Source: Fibrobacteria bacterium (lineage in GTDB: Bacteria > Fibrobacterota > Fibrobacteria > UBA11236). Taken from it: a stretch of DNA of 64,000 nt. Below are positions 49,165 through 58,846 of the stretch, in pieces. Below the pieces are notes generated by a model. That model saw only the letters and a list, made by a program, of their open reading frames with translations, was not told where the DNA came from and ran no database searches. Position 1 is the stretch's first letter. The number at the start of each line of letters is the position of its first letter. The stretch covers positions 64,001 to 128,000 of the forward strand of contig JAYTHY010000074.1 of assembly GCA_043732185.1 (NCBI GenBank). Reading direction: 5' to 3'. Made by a program: the position numbers and the translations under genes.

Positions 49165-50023
49165 AATCGGAGCCGTGGGGATTTTGCTTTTGTTCGCGCT
49201 GGTTACTTTTTATGCGTTTCTCTTTGCAGGCTCGGACAACGCCCCAAAATCTCCCCACCGCGGCGAGTCCCAATGCCGAAATTGTCACCTGGGAAAAGCA
49301 CCCGATGGAGCAAATGGATCACGCGTCACACTGGTTAAGGATGTGGATTTGATCTGCAAGTCCTGTCACGACACCAAGGAAGGCTTGTCCCATCCATCTG
49401 GTGTCAAGATGGATTGGCCCGCTCCGGACAGCCTGCCGCTCGATTGGGCCGGTAGACTGACCTGCACCACTTGCCACTATATGCATGATGAAGGAAAGGA
49501 AGATAAAACCGGGTACAGGATCCGGACTCAAACGATTGGCAGGGAATTTTGTGAAACGTGTCATTCGGAATTCAAGGACCTGGTAGGTGGCAAACACAGG
49601 CAATTTCTGGACAAGTCGCATCTGGAAGCGCCCGATTCGGCCAAAACGGATCATTCGGTGCTGGACCACTTGTCTCAAGAATGTCTTGGCTGTCATGTGG
49701 GACGCATCGAACAAAGTTTTTCAATGGAAACCCAGCGGAACATCACCATCTTTCAGCATGGGCAAATACAAAGCACCCATCCCATTGCGGTACCCTATCC
49801 TCCCCTATCCACCGGCGACCTGAAGTTCAACCCGGTTGGAGATCTCGATAAAAGAATCAACCTGTATAATGGCAAGATTGGTTGCGGTACGTGCCATGAG
49901 CCATTTTCAAACAAAACTTCCGGCCTCGTTATGGAAAACAAGGAAGATGAGCTCTGTTTACAATGCCATTTGATGAATCGTAAACGATCCGGCCTCCCGA
50001 AAAGGGAAGTGAGGTACCCATGA
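49157..50023 (+). CDS. Membrane-anchored or periplasmic heptaheme cytochrome c (doubled-CXXCH type)
   Basis: Seven CxxCH motifs: CRNCH, CKSCH, CTTCH, CETCH, CLGCH, CGTCH, CLQCH; SHP/THP motifs; hydrophobic N-terminus. Confidence 0.92.
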   Translation: MHKIGAVGILLLFALVTFYAFLFAGSDNAPKSPHRGESQCRNCHLGKAPDGANGSRVTLVKDVDLICKSCHDTKEGLSHPSGVKMDWPAPDSLPLDWAGRLTCTTCHYMHDEGKEDKTGYRIRTQTIGREFCETCHSEFKDLVGGKHRQFLDKSHLEAPDSAKTDHSVLDHLSQECLGCHVGRIEQSFSMETQRNITIFQHGQIQSTHPIAVPYPPLSTGDLKFNPVGDLDKRINLYNGKIGCGTCHEPFSNKTSGLVMENKEDELCLQCHLMNRKRSGLPKREVRYP

Positions 50024-50622
50024 ATTCCAGCCCACAACTCCCTGGAAAATTCAAAAGAAAATATCTGGTCAATGGATCTTTTCAAATTCGATTCGTTGCA
50101 TTTCTTTGTACCCCCGTTATACTTACCGGGATTTTTTCCATCATTGTTGTATATAATAGTGCTCATGGGGCCCTGATGGAGAGCATGTTTCGCTCCCATC
50201 TTGCTTCTGGAGAAATCGGAAAAATTCTGACTATGCCGATTCTGAAAGCCAATCTGTTGGTGTTTGGTGTTTCCTGCCTCTTGGCTATGGGGGCGATTCT
50301 TTTAATCGCCTACAGATCGAATAAGTCCATCCAATCCATTGAATCCGATTTGCTCAACTTTGGGGAAAAGCCCGCCGTTTCAAAATGGCGACAAAGCTCC
50401 GTTCTCTGGAGCGGAATTGAAAGTGAATCCGTCGAAAAATTTCAAGCAAGGTTAAACGGATTTCGGCAAGCTGCCGATTTGCTCGCCTCTGTTGAAACAA
50501 ATTTCGCGTTGACTTCAGATGCATCGCAGTTTCCAAACCGCGAACGCTTGGTTAGAATACTTAAAGAAGCCGAAACCTATTGCCGACTGTCCCTCAATCA
50601 GTTCCAATGGAATAAAGCCTAG
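50020..50622 (+). CDS. Two-TM membrane protein with degenerate HAMP-like region
   Basis: KRKYLVNGSFQIRF N-terminus, two TM helices, helical tail; overlaps the cytochrome gene stop (ATGA). Confidence 0.6.
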   Translation: MNSSPQLPGKFKRKYLVNGSFQIRFVAFLCTPVILTGIFSIIVVYNSAHGALMESMFRSHLASGEIGKILTMPILKANLLVFGVSCLLAMGAILLIAYRSNKSIQSIESDLLNFGEKPAVSKWRQSSVLWSGIESESVEKFQARLNGFRQAADLLASVETNFALTSDASQFPNRERLVRILKEAETYCRLSLNQFQWNKA

Positions 50623-50661
50623 CGGATTGTAAAATTATTCAATACAGGAAAATGGTTTGAT

Positions 50662-51459
50662 ATGGACACTCTCGAAAACTTACTCTCCAAACTTTGGGAA
50701 GAGTATCGCGCGCTCAACCCTCAGGCCACGCGCATACAGGAACTCCTAAAAGCACGTGGAGAGTCGATACAAAACGATCATATTGCATTTCGAACGGTAG
50801 ACGATCCAAGAGTGGATATAAGCGTCATGAGCGCGCCGTTTACTGCACTAGGATATCGAGAAGCAGGTCGGTATACCTTTCCCGAAAAAAAGCTTGATGC
50901 CGTACATTACGAACATGCCGATCCGGCTCAGCCCAAAATATTCATCAGTCAGCTACGCATGCGGGAGCTCAGCCAGGGAGCTCAGTCCATGCTGCTCGGC
51001 CTTATCAATCAAATCCCCGGAGCCTTTCTCGCTAATCCGTTCTGGTGTGTCGGCGGGCGGTCATGGAGTCTGGATTTTACCACCTATACCGCCTTGGAAA
51101 GGGAAAGTGACTATGCTGCCTGGCTTTCCGCTTTCGGATTCCGTCCCAACCATTTTACGGTCTTGGCCAATGCCCTGCGCACTTTTCCAAACCTTCTGGC
51201 TCTAAACAGTTTCTTAAAATCCGAAGGTTTTGTTTTGAATGCCAGTGGCGGAGAGATTAAAGGCAGCCCAGAACTCTTCTTAGAACAGTCCTCAACCTTG
51301 GCAAATCAGGTATCCACGGCGTTTAGCGATGGCTTCCATGCCATACCCGGTTGTTATTATGAGTTTGCCAGACGGTATCCTCTGCCAAGCGGCCAACTTT
51401 TCCAAGGTTTTATTACTGCGTCGGCAAATCGGATATTCGAAAGCACGGATCGAAAGTAA
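50662..51459 (+). CDS. DUF1338 family protein (HglS/2-oxoadipate dioxygenase-like fold)
   Basis: NDHIAFRT, PKIFISQL, ESDYAAW, NHFT, GGEIKGSP..LEQSST, YEFARRY, FQGF...ANRIFEST. Confidence 0.9.
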   Translation: MDTLENLLSKLWEEYRALNPQATRIQELLKARGESIQNDHIAFRTVDDPRVDISVMSAPFTALGYREAGRYTFPEKKLDAVHYEHADPAQPKIFISQLRMRELSQGAQSMLLGLINQIPGAFLANPFWCVGGRSWSLDFTTYTALERESDYAAWLSAFGFRPNHFTVLANALRTFPNLLALNSFLKSEGFVLNASGGEIKGSPELFLEQSSTLANQVSTAFSDGFHAIPGCYYEFARRYPLPSGQLFQGFITASANRIFESTDRK

Positions 51460-51498
51460 ACGCAGTAAATTGCCACAACCTTAAAATCCCAGAAAACA

Positions 51499-51527
51499 AA
51501 AAGCCATGCTATTACAGCATGGCTTTT
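51499..51527. terminator. Bidirectional rho-independent terminator
   Basis: AAAAGCCATGCT-ATTAC-AGCATGGCTTTT between convergent genes. Confidence 0.88.
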
Positions 51528-51550
51528 CCATTTTCGAAATCAATCGAAAA

Positions 51551-53452
51551 TTATTTAATCAGGAATTTCTGAACCAGATTCTGACTGCCTACATTGAGTT
51601 TGACAAAGTACAGGCCGCGTTTGATAGCGTTTAAGTCAACGCGTTCATTCGTTGCAGAGGTTGCACCACTTACCATTTCTTTTCCAAAGAGGTCGAACAC
51701 TGAATAATTTGCCCCGGCCTGGCTTAGAATGACAAAGCCATTCTTACCAGATTCAATGAGGCCCAACTGATTCGAGTTTCTGTTTGCAATAACACCCTGC
51801 CGAATACCGGCTGCATTTGTGACTTCAATGGAGAAGTCTTGCACGTCACCGGCGAACAACTTGCCCAGCGGGTCTGCGACGCTGCCCAAGGAGTCGTACT
51901 GCACGCGCACGCGCATTCTGGTAAGACCGAGTTTTGCCGTGGTTGGTACCACTACCTGTGCCGTGACATCACCGCTTGCTAATCCGCCCTGGGTGGACAG
52001 AACTTTTTCAGTCGAATCAAAGGAGCAATCTGAGTTCCAATCGATCCAGGCGTAGGCATGATCTGGCGGAAATACTGCGTTGAGCGTCACTGCCAGAGTC
52101 AAAGTTTGACCCAGACCCACTTTCGTTAAGTTCGCGGTGTAGTCGGAATAGAATTCTCCTGCTTTCGGAACACGCGAGGTGGACTGGCCAATATCGCCAA
52201 ATGAGACATAACTGATGTAGTCGGCACCCGTTCCGGCGAATCCTGCAGCATCACCGTAGCATGTAGGTCCTTCAATATAGGTAGGGGCCAGCGTAATGCT
52301 CTTATCTAGAGTGATGGATATGGTACGGTCCTTAAGGGTTGACACAGCACCCCAACCCGAAAACAGAAAGCCGTAAGCCGGAGCTACCGTGGCCTTGATG
52401 ACGGTACCTTGATTGTACGCGCCGCCAGCCGGACTAATCGTGACCGAACCCTTGGTTACATCAACGGGCACCGTAACCGTGCAAATGGGTGTGGTGACAA
52501 AAACGGGAGTAATGGTAGAGTTTTTGGAAATAACCAGATCCAAGGGATTGGCATCTGTGGTATTGTCGCCGCTCCATGCCGAAAATTTATAACCAAGGCT
52601 AGGAGTCGCTTCCATATGAATGGTTTCACCGGAGTCGTATGCAGCTCGGATGGGTGAATAGACCAAAGTGCCGTTGGTAACGCTGGTAGCCAAAGTATAG
52701 ACTGGCACAGCTTTTCCCTTGGTGACGATGATGCTATAGTCTTCAACATCTCCGGCAAAACCATTACCACAGGGTGCTCCGGGCGCGCCTTCTGCATACT
52801 GAACGCGAACGCGCATGCGGGTGGCCCCGGCAACGGTGGATTGGGGAATAAAGACGGTGGTGATGTTTGCTTGTTGAATGGCGGCATAGTCCGAATGGAG
52901 AACCACTTCGGACGTATCAAAAGTGCCGTCTTGATTAAAGTCAATCCAAACGAATATTTGGTCCGGCGGGAAGGTGGTTCCCAAAGAGACTTGCAGTCCA
53001 TAGGTTTGGCCAGTTGTGACAAAGGCGGCCATGGAAGTGTAGTCGGTATAATTCTCCTGCAATTGGAAAGGATGTGGTGCCGACTGGTTATTTAGATTTG
53101 CAAAGGAAACCATGTTCATAAAGTCCGCGCCCGTGCCAACGGAACCCGCTGCGGTGCAATAACCCGTCGCCGCTGTGACAAAACTTGCGGTCAATGATTT
53201 ATCCGCATCCATAACTACTGCAACAGTATTTTCCGTGCTGGTGGTGGCACCGGTCCAACCCGTGAAAACTTTTCCTGGATTCGCTGCGACAGTAACTATA
53301 ACCGTCGTACCGGTAGCATAACTGCCGCCTGGAGGAGTGAGTGTGATAACACCATCCGGAGCAGTGGTCGTTAATGTAAAGGTTTGAGCCACCGTAAAGC
53401 TGGCAAACACCCCAAGTGCTAAAATTGCTGTACTCAATATCCGACGAATCAT
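51551..53452 (-). CDS. Secreted protein with two GEVED domains, InlB-B/Flg_new-like repeats and a T9SS C-terminal domain
   Basis: Two copies of WID[FW]N.D..FD..E...G.TRMRVR...GDV[EQ]D[YF]; repeats P.GG.Y..GT...GF.F.GW; tail GLYFVKL...QKFLIK. Confidence 0.85.
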   Translation of the reverse strand: MIRRILSTAILALGVFASFTVAQTFTLTTTAPDGVITLTPPGGSYATGTTVIVTVAANPGKVFTGWTGATTSTENTVAVVMDADKSLTASFVTAATGYCTAAGSVGTGADFMNMVSFANLNNQSAPHPFQLQENYTDYTSMAAFVTTGQTYGLQVSLGTTFPPDQIFVWIDFNQDGTFDTSEVVLHSDYAAIQQANITTVFIPQSTVAGATRMRVRVQYAEGAPGAPCGNGFAGDVEDYSIIVTKGKAVPVYTLATSVTNGTLVYSPIRAAYDSGETIHMEATPSLGYKFSAWSGDNTTDANPLDLVISKNSTITPVFVTTPICTVTVPVDVTKGSVTISPAGGAYNQGTVIKATVAPAYGFLFSGWGAVSTLKDRTISITLDKSITLAPTYIEGPTCYGDAAGFAGTGADYISYVSFGDIGQSTSRVPKAGEFYSDYTANLTKVGLGQTLTLAVTLNAVFPPDHAYAWIDWNSDCSFDSTEKVLSTQGGLASGDVTAQVVVPTTAKLGLTRMRVRVQYDSLGSVADPLGKLFAGDVQDFSIEVTNAAGIRQGVIANRNSNQLGLIESGKNGFVILSQAGANYSVFDLFGKEMVSGATSATNERVDLNAIKRGLYFVKLNVGSQNLVQKFLIK

Positions 53453-53560
53453 CTGTCCCCCTAATATGTGTGATGCACGAAATGCCTAATGTTCATGGCA
53501 ATTAAAGGGGCTAAAGATAGACTTTGCCTTAAAGAAAAAACAGGTTCTTTTTACAAAAGT

Positions 53561-54799
53561 CTACTCGTGTGGGAACAGCGGAATTGTCAATAAATGTGAT
53601 TCGGCAGGCCGGGCACCAGAACCAGCGTCCACTTTGATAAAACCTATGTCTGCCTTTTTGAAATCCGCTAAGGGATATTCACTGGGCCCGAAACCGGACA
53701 ACGACTCCCGAACACGGCCACCTATATCTAAAATAGTCAAGCGATAGGGGCCCGGAAAAAGGACGGAAAGGACCTTGTTTTGCGAAAAGACCCCAATTCG
53801 GGCGATTTCATGTTGCTGAAGGCCCGTTCCCTTTAGAGTTTTGCAAGCTGCCGAGTCCGGCATATTGACGGCTGAATTGAATTCTAAAAAGCGACTGTCC
53901 GCACAGCCATAAATTGCCGGCAGGTTTTTTTGGTAGGCCTTCCAAACTGTCATGGAATTGGCCAAATGTGTAATCGGATTTTGCGGCAATCCATAGCATT
54001 GCAACGCGAAGGACCCGTGAAATCCATTTTCAACCAACATTTTTACAAGCACAAAGGTGTCAAAATTGCCCTCACCTAAGGGGCGAATCAAGGTTGTCCA
54101 ATCCGAGCCCACGCTGTCGGTGCCATTAATAGAAGCTGCGAAAACATAGGCCATGGAAGTTTTAAGCAAGGAATCCGCCCTTTGCGTAAAATTCAATTTC
54201 ATCACACTGCAGTAGCGCTGCTCGTGGCATTGGTTGAAACAAATGCCGACATTGGGGCGATTGGCGAGTTTTGCCACCCGGAGCGCCTGAACGGCATTGG
54301 AAACAAAATCACCATAATGCGGATATATGGCGACTTTACGTCCCGATGGTGCCAAGAGGTCCGCTACCCTAGCCACGTTCAAGGCCGCTTGTGCCTCAGT
54401 TGAAACAGAGCCGGCGGGAATATACAGGAACACCAATTCTCCTGCGGTTTTTAAAGCCGTTAAGTCTCCACTGATATTGTCGCCGGGATTGCGCCAAATA
54501 CCAAGAAGCTTTTGATTCCGTTGTTGCAGGGCCGGCAATAGAGTAGTGAAATCGCTGGACCCCCCTTCCCACATGATCCCGTTATAGCCTGCATTGGCGA
54601 TAAGAGTCACTTTATCAGTTGGGTTACCGGGAATGCCCGTGGATTGCGGGTAGATGGGATGAGTCAATCGGGTAGTGGGAAGCTGAGCCAAACCCAATGT
54701 GGCAAAGGCTAGAATTAAAGCGACGAGGTGCTGCGAAAGTCGTCCTTGTTTCAAGGCTGGAAGCTGGAATGACATGTTCATGCTGTGTTCCCTTGTCAA
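53561..54799 (-). CDS. Secreted sugar-phosphate isomerase/epimerase-like TIM-barrel protein with T9SS-like tail
   Basis: AIYPHYG, PNVGICFNQCH, SINGTD, LIRPLGEGNFD, LQCYG; GCAD..EFN linker; tail ILDIGGR. Confidence 0.7.
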   Translation of the reverse strand: MTREHSMNMSFQLPALKQGRLSQHLVALILAFATLGLAQLPTTRLTHPIYPQSTGIPGNPTDKVTLIANAGYNGIMWEGGSSDFTTLLPALQQRNQKLLGIWRNPGDNISGDLTALKTAGELVFLYIPAGSVSTEAQAALNVARVADLLAPSGRKVAIYPHYGDFVSNAVQALRVAKLANRPNVGICFNQCHEQRYCSVMKLNFTQRADSLLKTSMAYVFAASINGTDSVGSDWTTLIRPLGEGNFDTFVLVKMLVENGFHGSFALQCYGLPQNPITHLANSMTVWKAYQKNLPAIYGCADSRFLEFNSAVNMPDSAACKTLKGTGLQQHEIARIGVFSQNKVLSVLFPGPYRLTILDIGGRVRESLSGFGPSEYPLADFKKADIGFIKVDAGSGARPAESHLLTIPLFPHE

Positions 54800-54905
54800 T
54801 CTCTATACCCGGTTTGGCCTGCCGAGTCTACAAGCTATGCTGGATTTCAAAAAGCCACACCGTGTTTTCACACCCTACCTCGAAAAATACCGCCGTGGTG
54901 GCAGA

Positions 54906-56285
54906 TTAGTCCAGGCCCAAAATACCTTCTAACGCCACTGAAGCTGCGCGGCTCTCCCTTAAAAGGTCCGGATCCAGTAGATCTGCCGACAGTACGCGAT
55001 CCCGGTAATGTTTTTCTACCCAATCCATCAGCCGCTTATAGATCTGGTCGTTGAATTTCACTCCATTTGGGACCTCGCCCCATTCCTCCGGAGTCAAAAC
55101 AGCGCGTAGCCTTAGGCACGCCGGACCTCCGCCGTTGCGCATGCTTTGTCGCAGATTTACAAACGCCACTTCGGTTATACCAAAACCTAAATGCGGCAAG
55201 TGTTCCAAATATTTGCGAGTGGACGGATTCCGACGGCACTCTTCGGCCGCCAACAGAAGCATTCCCCCATCGGGCAGGCTAATGATTTGCGAATTGAACA
55301 AATAGGTGGAAATGGCCGTCGCCAAGGAAACGTGCTGCGATTTCACTTCAATCAACCGCAGCGCCCCGTGACCTAATGCTGCGAACTTGCGTTGAATTTC
55401 CCTTAGCGCCCCACTCCGGTTCAGAAAAGCAGCTTCATGGAAAAATAAAACGTCCGCATTGGCAACGGATATCACATCGTTATGAAAGACACCGGCGTCA
55501 ATGGCAACGGGATTTTGGGCAAGAAAAAGGGTTCGTTCCGGAGCCAATGCATGCAAACGGGCTACCGCTTCCGAAGCTTCTTGGGATTGACGCGGGGCAT
55601 ATCGGCGCGTGGTATTGCGCTTTTGCTGTGCGTGGGAAAATCCAAATACGAATACTTCTAAGCCAGTCTCGGCATGCTGCGACGCCAGGCGAATATGATT
55701 GGCTGCGCCCTCATCCCAAAAATAATTTGCTGTGGGTAAGGGATCATGGTGGACAAACCGGTGGCCCGGGAAAATCCGTTTCAGCAGACGGGATGTGTGA
55801 GGCGTTTCCAAGCTCCGATGCAGCTGGCTCGCCAGATTGGCGGGAGTAATATGCACCTTGCCATCGGCGCAATCGGACGAGGGTGAAATCGTAGCCGCAT
55901 TGGCCGTCCACATAGCGGAAGCACTCCAAGCGGCAGCCAAAAGAACAGGATTCTGTTTTCCAACTTTTTGCAAAACATCGGGATCTCTACCCGTAAATCC
56001 CAAACGCCGTAGCCAATCGAGATCGGGACGGATTTGGGGGGGTAGAATCGCTTGTGGAATTCCGCGGGAGGCGAGGTATCGCATCTTGTCCAACCCTTGC
56101 AGGGCCGCCTGCCTGGGATTGGCCGGTTGCTTGCGATTGACTTGCGAGGCGACATTGCCATGTGCCAAGCCCGCATAATTATGCGTCAATCCAACCAGGC
56201 CATCGAAATTGACTTCTTGAGTTTGAGATTGGGCTTGGACTTGGACCTGGGTCTTGATCTGCGTCGCGGTGAATTTCTTTTTCAA
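54906..56285 (-). CDS. astB: N-succinylarginine dihydrolase
   Basis: EVNFDGLVGLTHNYAGL..GNVAS, SAMWTANAAT, DEGAANH, GVFHNDVI, SMRNGGGPACLRLR. TTG start overlaps the astD stop. Confidence 0.96.
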   Translation of the reverse strand: MKKKFTATQIKTQVQVQAQSQTQEVNFDGLVGLTHNYAGLAHGNVASQVNRKQPANPRQAALQGLDKMRYLASRGIPQAILPPQIRPDLDWLRRLGFTGRDPDVLQKVGKQNPVLLAAAWSASAMWTANAATISPSSDCADGKVHITPANLASQLHRSLETPHTSRLLKRIFPGHRFVHHDPLPTANYFWDEGAANHIRLASQHAETGLEVFVFGFSHAQQKRNTTRRYAPRQSQEASEAVARLHALAPERTLFLAQNPVAIDAGVFHNDVISVANADVLFFHEAAFLNRSGALREIQRKFAALGHGALRLIEVKSQHVSLATAISTYLFNSQIISLPDGGMLLLAAEECRRNPSTRKYLEHLPHLGFGITEVAFVNLRQSMRNGGGPACLRLRAVLTPEEWGEVPNGVKFNDQIYKRLMDWVEKHYRDRVLSADLLDPDLLRESRAASVALEGILGLD

Positions 56286-57760
56286 GGGTCGATGCCCAGT
56301 GGAAGCGGTTGGATTCCCGACCCATCCGGCTTTGCCAGTGGAGCGGCTTCCAAAGATGCTACAGGGTAGGCACAATAATCAGCTGCATAATACGCGCTGG
56401 GCCGATGGTTGCCGCTGTCGCCGACGCCGCCAAAAGGCAGCTTGCCGCTGGCTCCGGTGGTTTGCCGGTTCCAGTTGACCACTCCGGCGCGGATTCGATT
56501 CCGGAACAATTCCCAACGATCGAGCCTATCGCTGAGAAGTCCTGCTGCCAATCCAAAACGAGTTTGATTGGCCACATCTATGGCGGCGTCGAAATCTTTT
56601 ACCCGAATGATTTGTAGTAGGGGCCCAAAATATTCCTCATCGGGACAATTTTCCACTCCGGTCATATCCACGATACCGGGAGATAAAAATGCGTGCTGCA
56701 TGCGCCGCATACGAACCAATATCGTACCGCCCAGTTTTTCCAATTTCGATTGTGCGTCCATTAGGTGATCGGCCGCTTGAATGGAAATGACCGGTCCCAA
56801 AAAGGGTTCCGGACGGTCTCCATAGGCTCCCACTCTTAATCGCGGAACCAAGGAAAGGAGTGCCCGCAAATGCCGGTCCCCATCTGTACCCTCGGGTAGG
56901 ATAAGTCGCCGAGCGCACACACAGCGCTGTCCGGCGGTGATAAAGGCCGACTGAGCCGTGAGCAAAGCAGCCTGTTGCGCTTCCGCACAGTCCCAGATGA
57001 CAAGAGGATTATTGCCTCCAAGTTCCAAGGCTAATATTTTTCCCGGATGTTCTGAAAATTGGCGCGCCAGAGCTACGCCGCCTGCATGGCTGCCGGTAAA
57101 AAAAAGTCCGTCCAATCCGGGGTGCGAAGCGAGGGAAACCCCCGTGTTACGTCCTCCCTGAACCAGATTCAAGACACCTGCAGGCAGTCCTGCCTGTTGC
57201 CAAAAAGCCGTGGTCCATTCGGACACACCCGGTGTCATTTCACTCGGTTTGAAAACCACCGTGTTGCCGGCCAGTAAGGCGGGTACGATATGGCTATGCG
57301 GCAAATGGCCGGGCAAATTAAACGGTCCGAGCACGGCCACGACTCCATGGGGTCGAAAGCGTTTGACAGCCCTAAAATCCGCCTGAGAAAATTCGGATTC
57401 CGAGCAGCGATCGCGATAGGCTTCGATGGAATTTGCCACCTTGGCCACCATGGTATCGCATTCTTGCAGCGATTCCCACAGGGGCTTTCCTGTTTCCTGG
57501 GAAATGGCGTCGGCCAATACAGCGCGGTTCTCTTTCACTTTGTCTGCAAAGGAGGTTAGGTAACCGGTGCGTTCACTTACCGTCAAGCGGCTCCAGAATA
57601 ATAAAGCCGACCGAGCAGCCGCAATAGCCGCATCCACTTGCTTGGGAGACGCTTCCTGACCTTCCCAAACGGAATTACCTGTAGACGGATCGACGGAAGC
57701 AAATTGTGCTCCTTCGCCCAGCGTCCAAACTCCAGCAATGAAATGTCCGCGGCCTATCAT
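56282..57760 (-). CDS. astD: Succinylglutamate-semialdehyde dehydrogenase
   Basis: RPHGVVAVLGPFN.PGHLP, LALELGGNNP, AGQRC, SGNHRPSAYYAADYCAYP. Confidence 0.95.
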   Translation of the reverse strand: MIGRGHFIAGVWTLGEGAQFASVDPSTGNSVWEGQEASPKQVDAAIAAARSALLFWSRLTVSERTGYLTSFADKVKENRAVLADAISQETGKPLWESLQECDTMVAKVANSIEAYRDRCSESEFSQADFRAVKRFRPHGVVAVLGPFNLPGHLPHSHIVPALLAGNTVVFKPSEMTPGVSEWTTAFWQQAGLPAGVLNLVQGGRNTGVSLASHPGLDGLFFTGSHAGGVALARQFSEHPGKILALELGGNNPLVIWDCAEAQQAALLTAQSAFITAGQRCVCARRLILPEGTDGDRHLRALLSLVPRLRVGAYGDRPEPFLGPVISIQAADHLMDAQSKLEKLGGTILVRMRRMQHAFLSPGIVDMTGVENCPDEEYFGPLLQIIRVKDFDAAIDVANQTRFGLAAGLLSDRLDRWELFRNRIRAGVVNWNRQTTGASGKLPFGGVGDSGNHRPSAYYAADYCAYPVASLEAAPLAKPDGSGIQPLPLGIDP

Positions 57761-58842
57761 TTTTTCTTTTTGGCTCTAGGTACGGGGGACCGCAAAGGTG
57801 CCGCTACAGGGACGGATACGGCCCCACGAATAGGCGCCACTCGCACCGGATCGCCTTTTTTTAAACTAAGTGCTTTAGCAGTTTCCTGCGATATTTCAAC
57901 TCCCTTTCCCGGCAATATATTCAGGGAAGCTACCGTAGCACGGAAGCCGTGAGAATAGGTATTGGAAAGCAGGAACGGATCGGTTTCGATGGGCTTTCCC
58001 AGGATTTTTAATACCTGCAGCACCTGACTTTCTTTTACCGTGCGAATGTCATCGGTGGGACAGCTGATAATTGGGCCACCCTCGAAAATATCCACCATGC
58101 CCGAAAAAGAAAAACCTTCTCCTTCCAATAGTTTGATGGCAGGAACAGACTCGGAATGCACACGTCCGATCACATCCTGCGCCACTTTGGGCAAGAGTGG
58201 AATATAAATGGGATGCTTGGGCATGAGATCGGCGATGAAACGTTTGTCCTTCATGACCATAGCATCCGCTTTGGGGAAATCGATTTCAAAAAAATGCCGC
58301 CCCAGCGCATCCCAGAAAACGGAACCACCCTTCTCATCGATGACGCCGCGCATTTCCGCCAACACCACAGGGTCGAAAAATTGCCTGTGATCGGCGATGA
58401 ACATGAAACGGCTCAAGGATAAAAGCCGGCCATTGGTCCCACGGCGAAAATTAGGCGCCAGAAACAAGCTGCCGATTTCGGAAGGGCCGTTATGCTCCTT
58501 GACCAGATGCAAAGCGCGAATTTCATTGCGCACCTTAAGGGTTTTGGATTCATGCACGGTGGTTTCCAAACGGTAGGTCCAGAACGGTTCGAATCCGCCC
58601 ACTTTGGAAACGATGCCAGCGGTGCCGCCCACTTCGCCGCGCTCTAAATCTTCCATTACAAATAGATAGGTTTCACCGCCCGGTTTTTTCGCCATGCGTG
58701 CAAAGCCGCGCTGAGACTCCAGAATTCGGCCCTTCAGCAAATCACGATCATGCGGCAAAGTCGTAAGCCCAAAGCTGGCTTGGGAAGACAGCTGCATCAG
58801 CGCTTCCAAATCATTCAGCTGTACAGGTCTAATTATGACCAT
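57757..58842 (-). CDS. astA: Arginine N-succinyltransferase
   Basis: IIRPV, TTLP, YLFVMED, GRLLSLSRF, AEMRG, FWDALGRHFF, VDIFEGGP. Confidence 0.95.
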   Translation of the reverse strand: MVIIRPVQLNDLEALMQLSSQASFGLTTLPHDRDLLKGRILESQRGFARMAKKPGGETYLFVMEDLERGEVGGTAGIVSKVGGFEPFWTYRLETTVHESKTLKVRNEIRALHLVKEHNGPSEIGSLFLAPNFRRGTNGRLLSLSRFMFIADHRQFFDPVVLAEMRGVIDEKGGSVFWDALGRHFFEIDFPKADAMVMKDKRFIADLMPKHPIYIPLLPKVAQDVIGRVHSESVPAIKLLEGEGFSFSGMVDIFEGGPIISCPTDDIRTVKESQVLQVLKILGKPIETDPFLLSNTYSHGFRATVASLNILPGKGVEISQETAKALSLKKGDPVRVAPIRGAVSVPVAAPLRSPVPRAKKKK

Positions 58843-58846
58843 AAGC

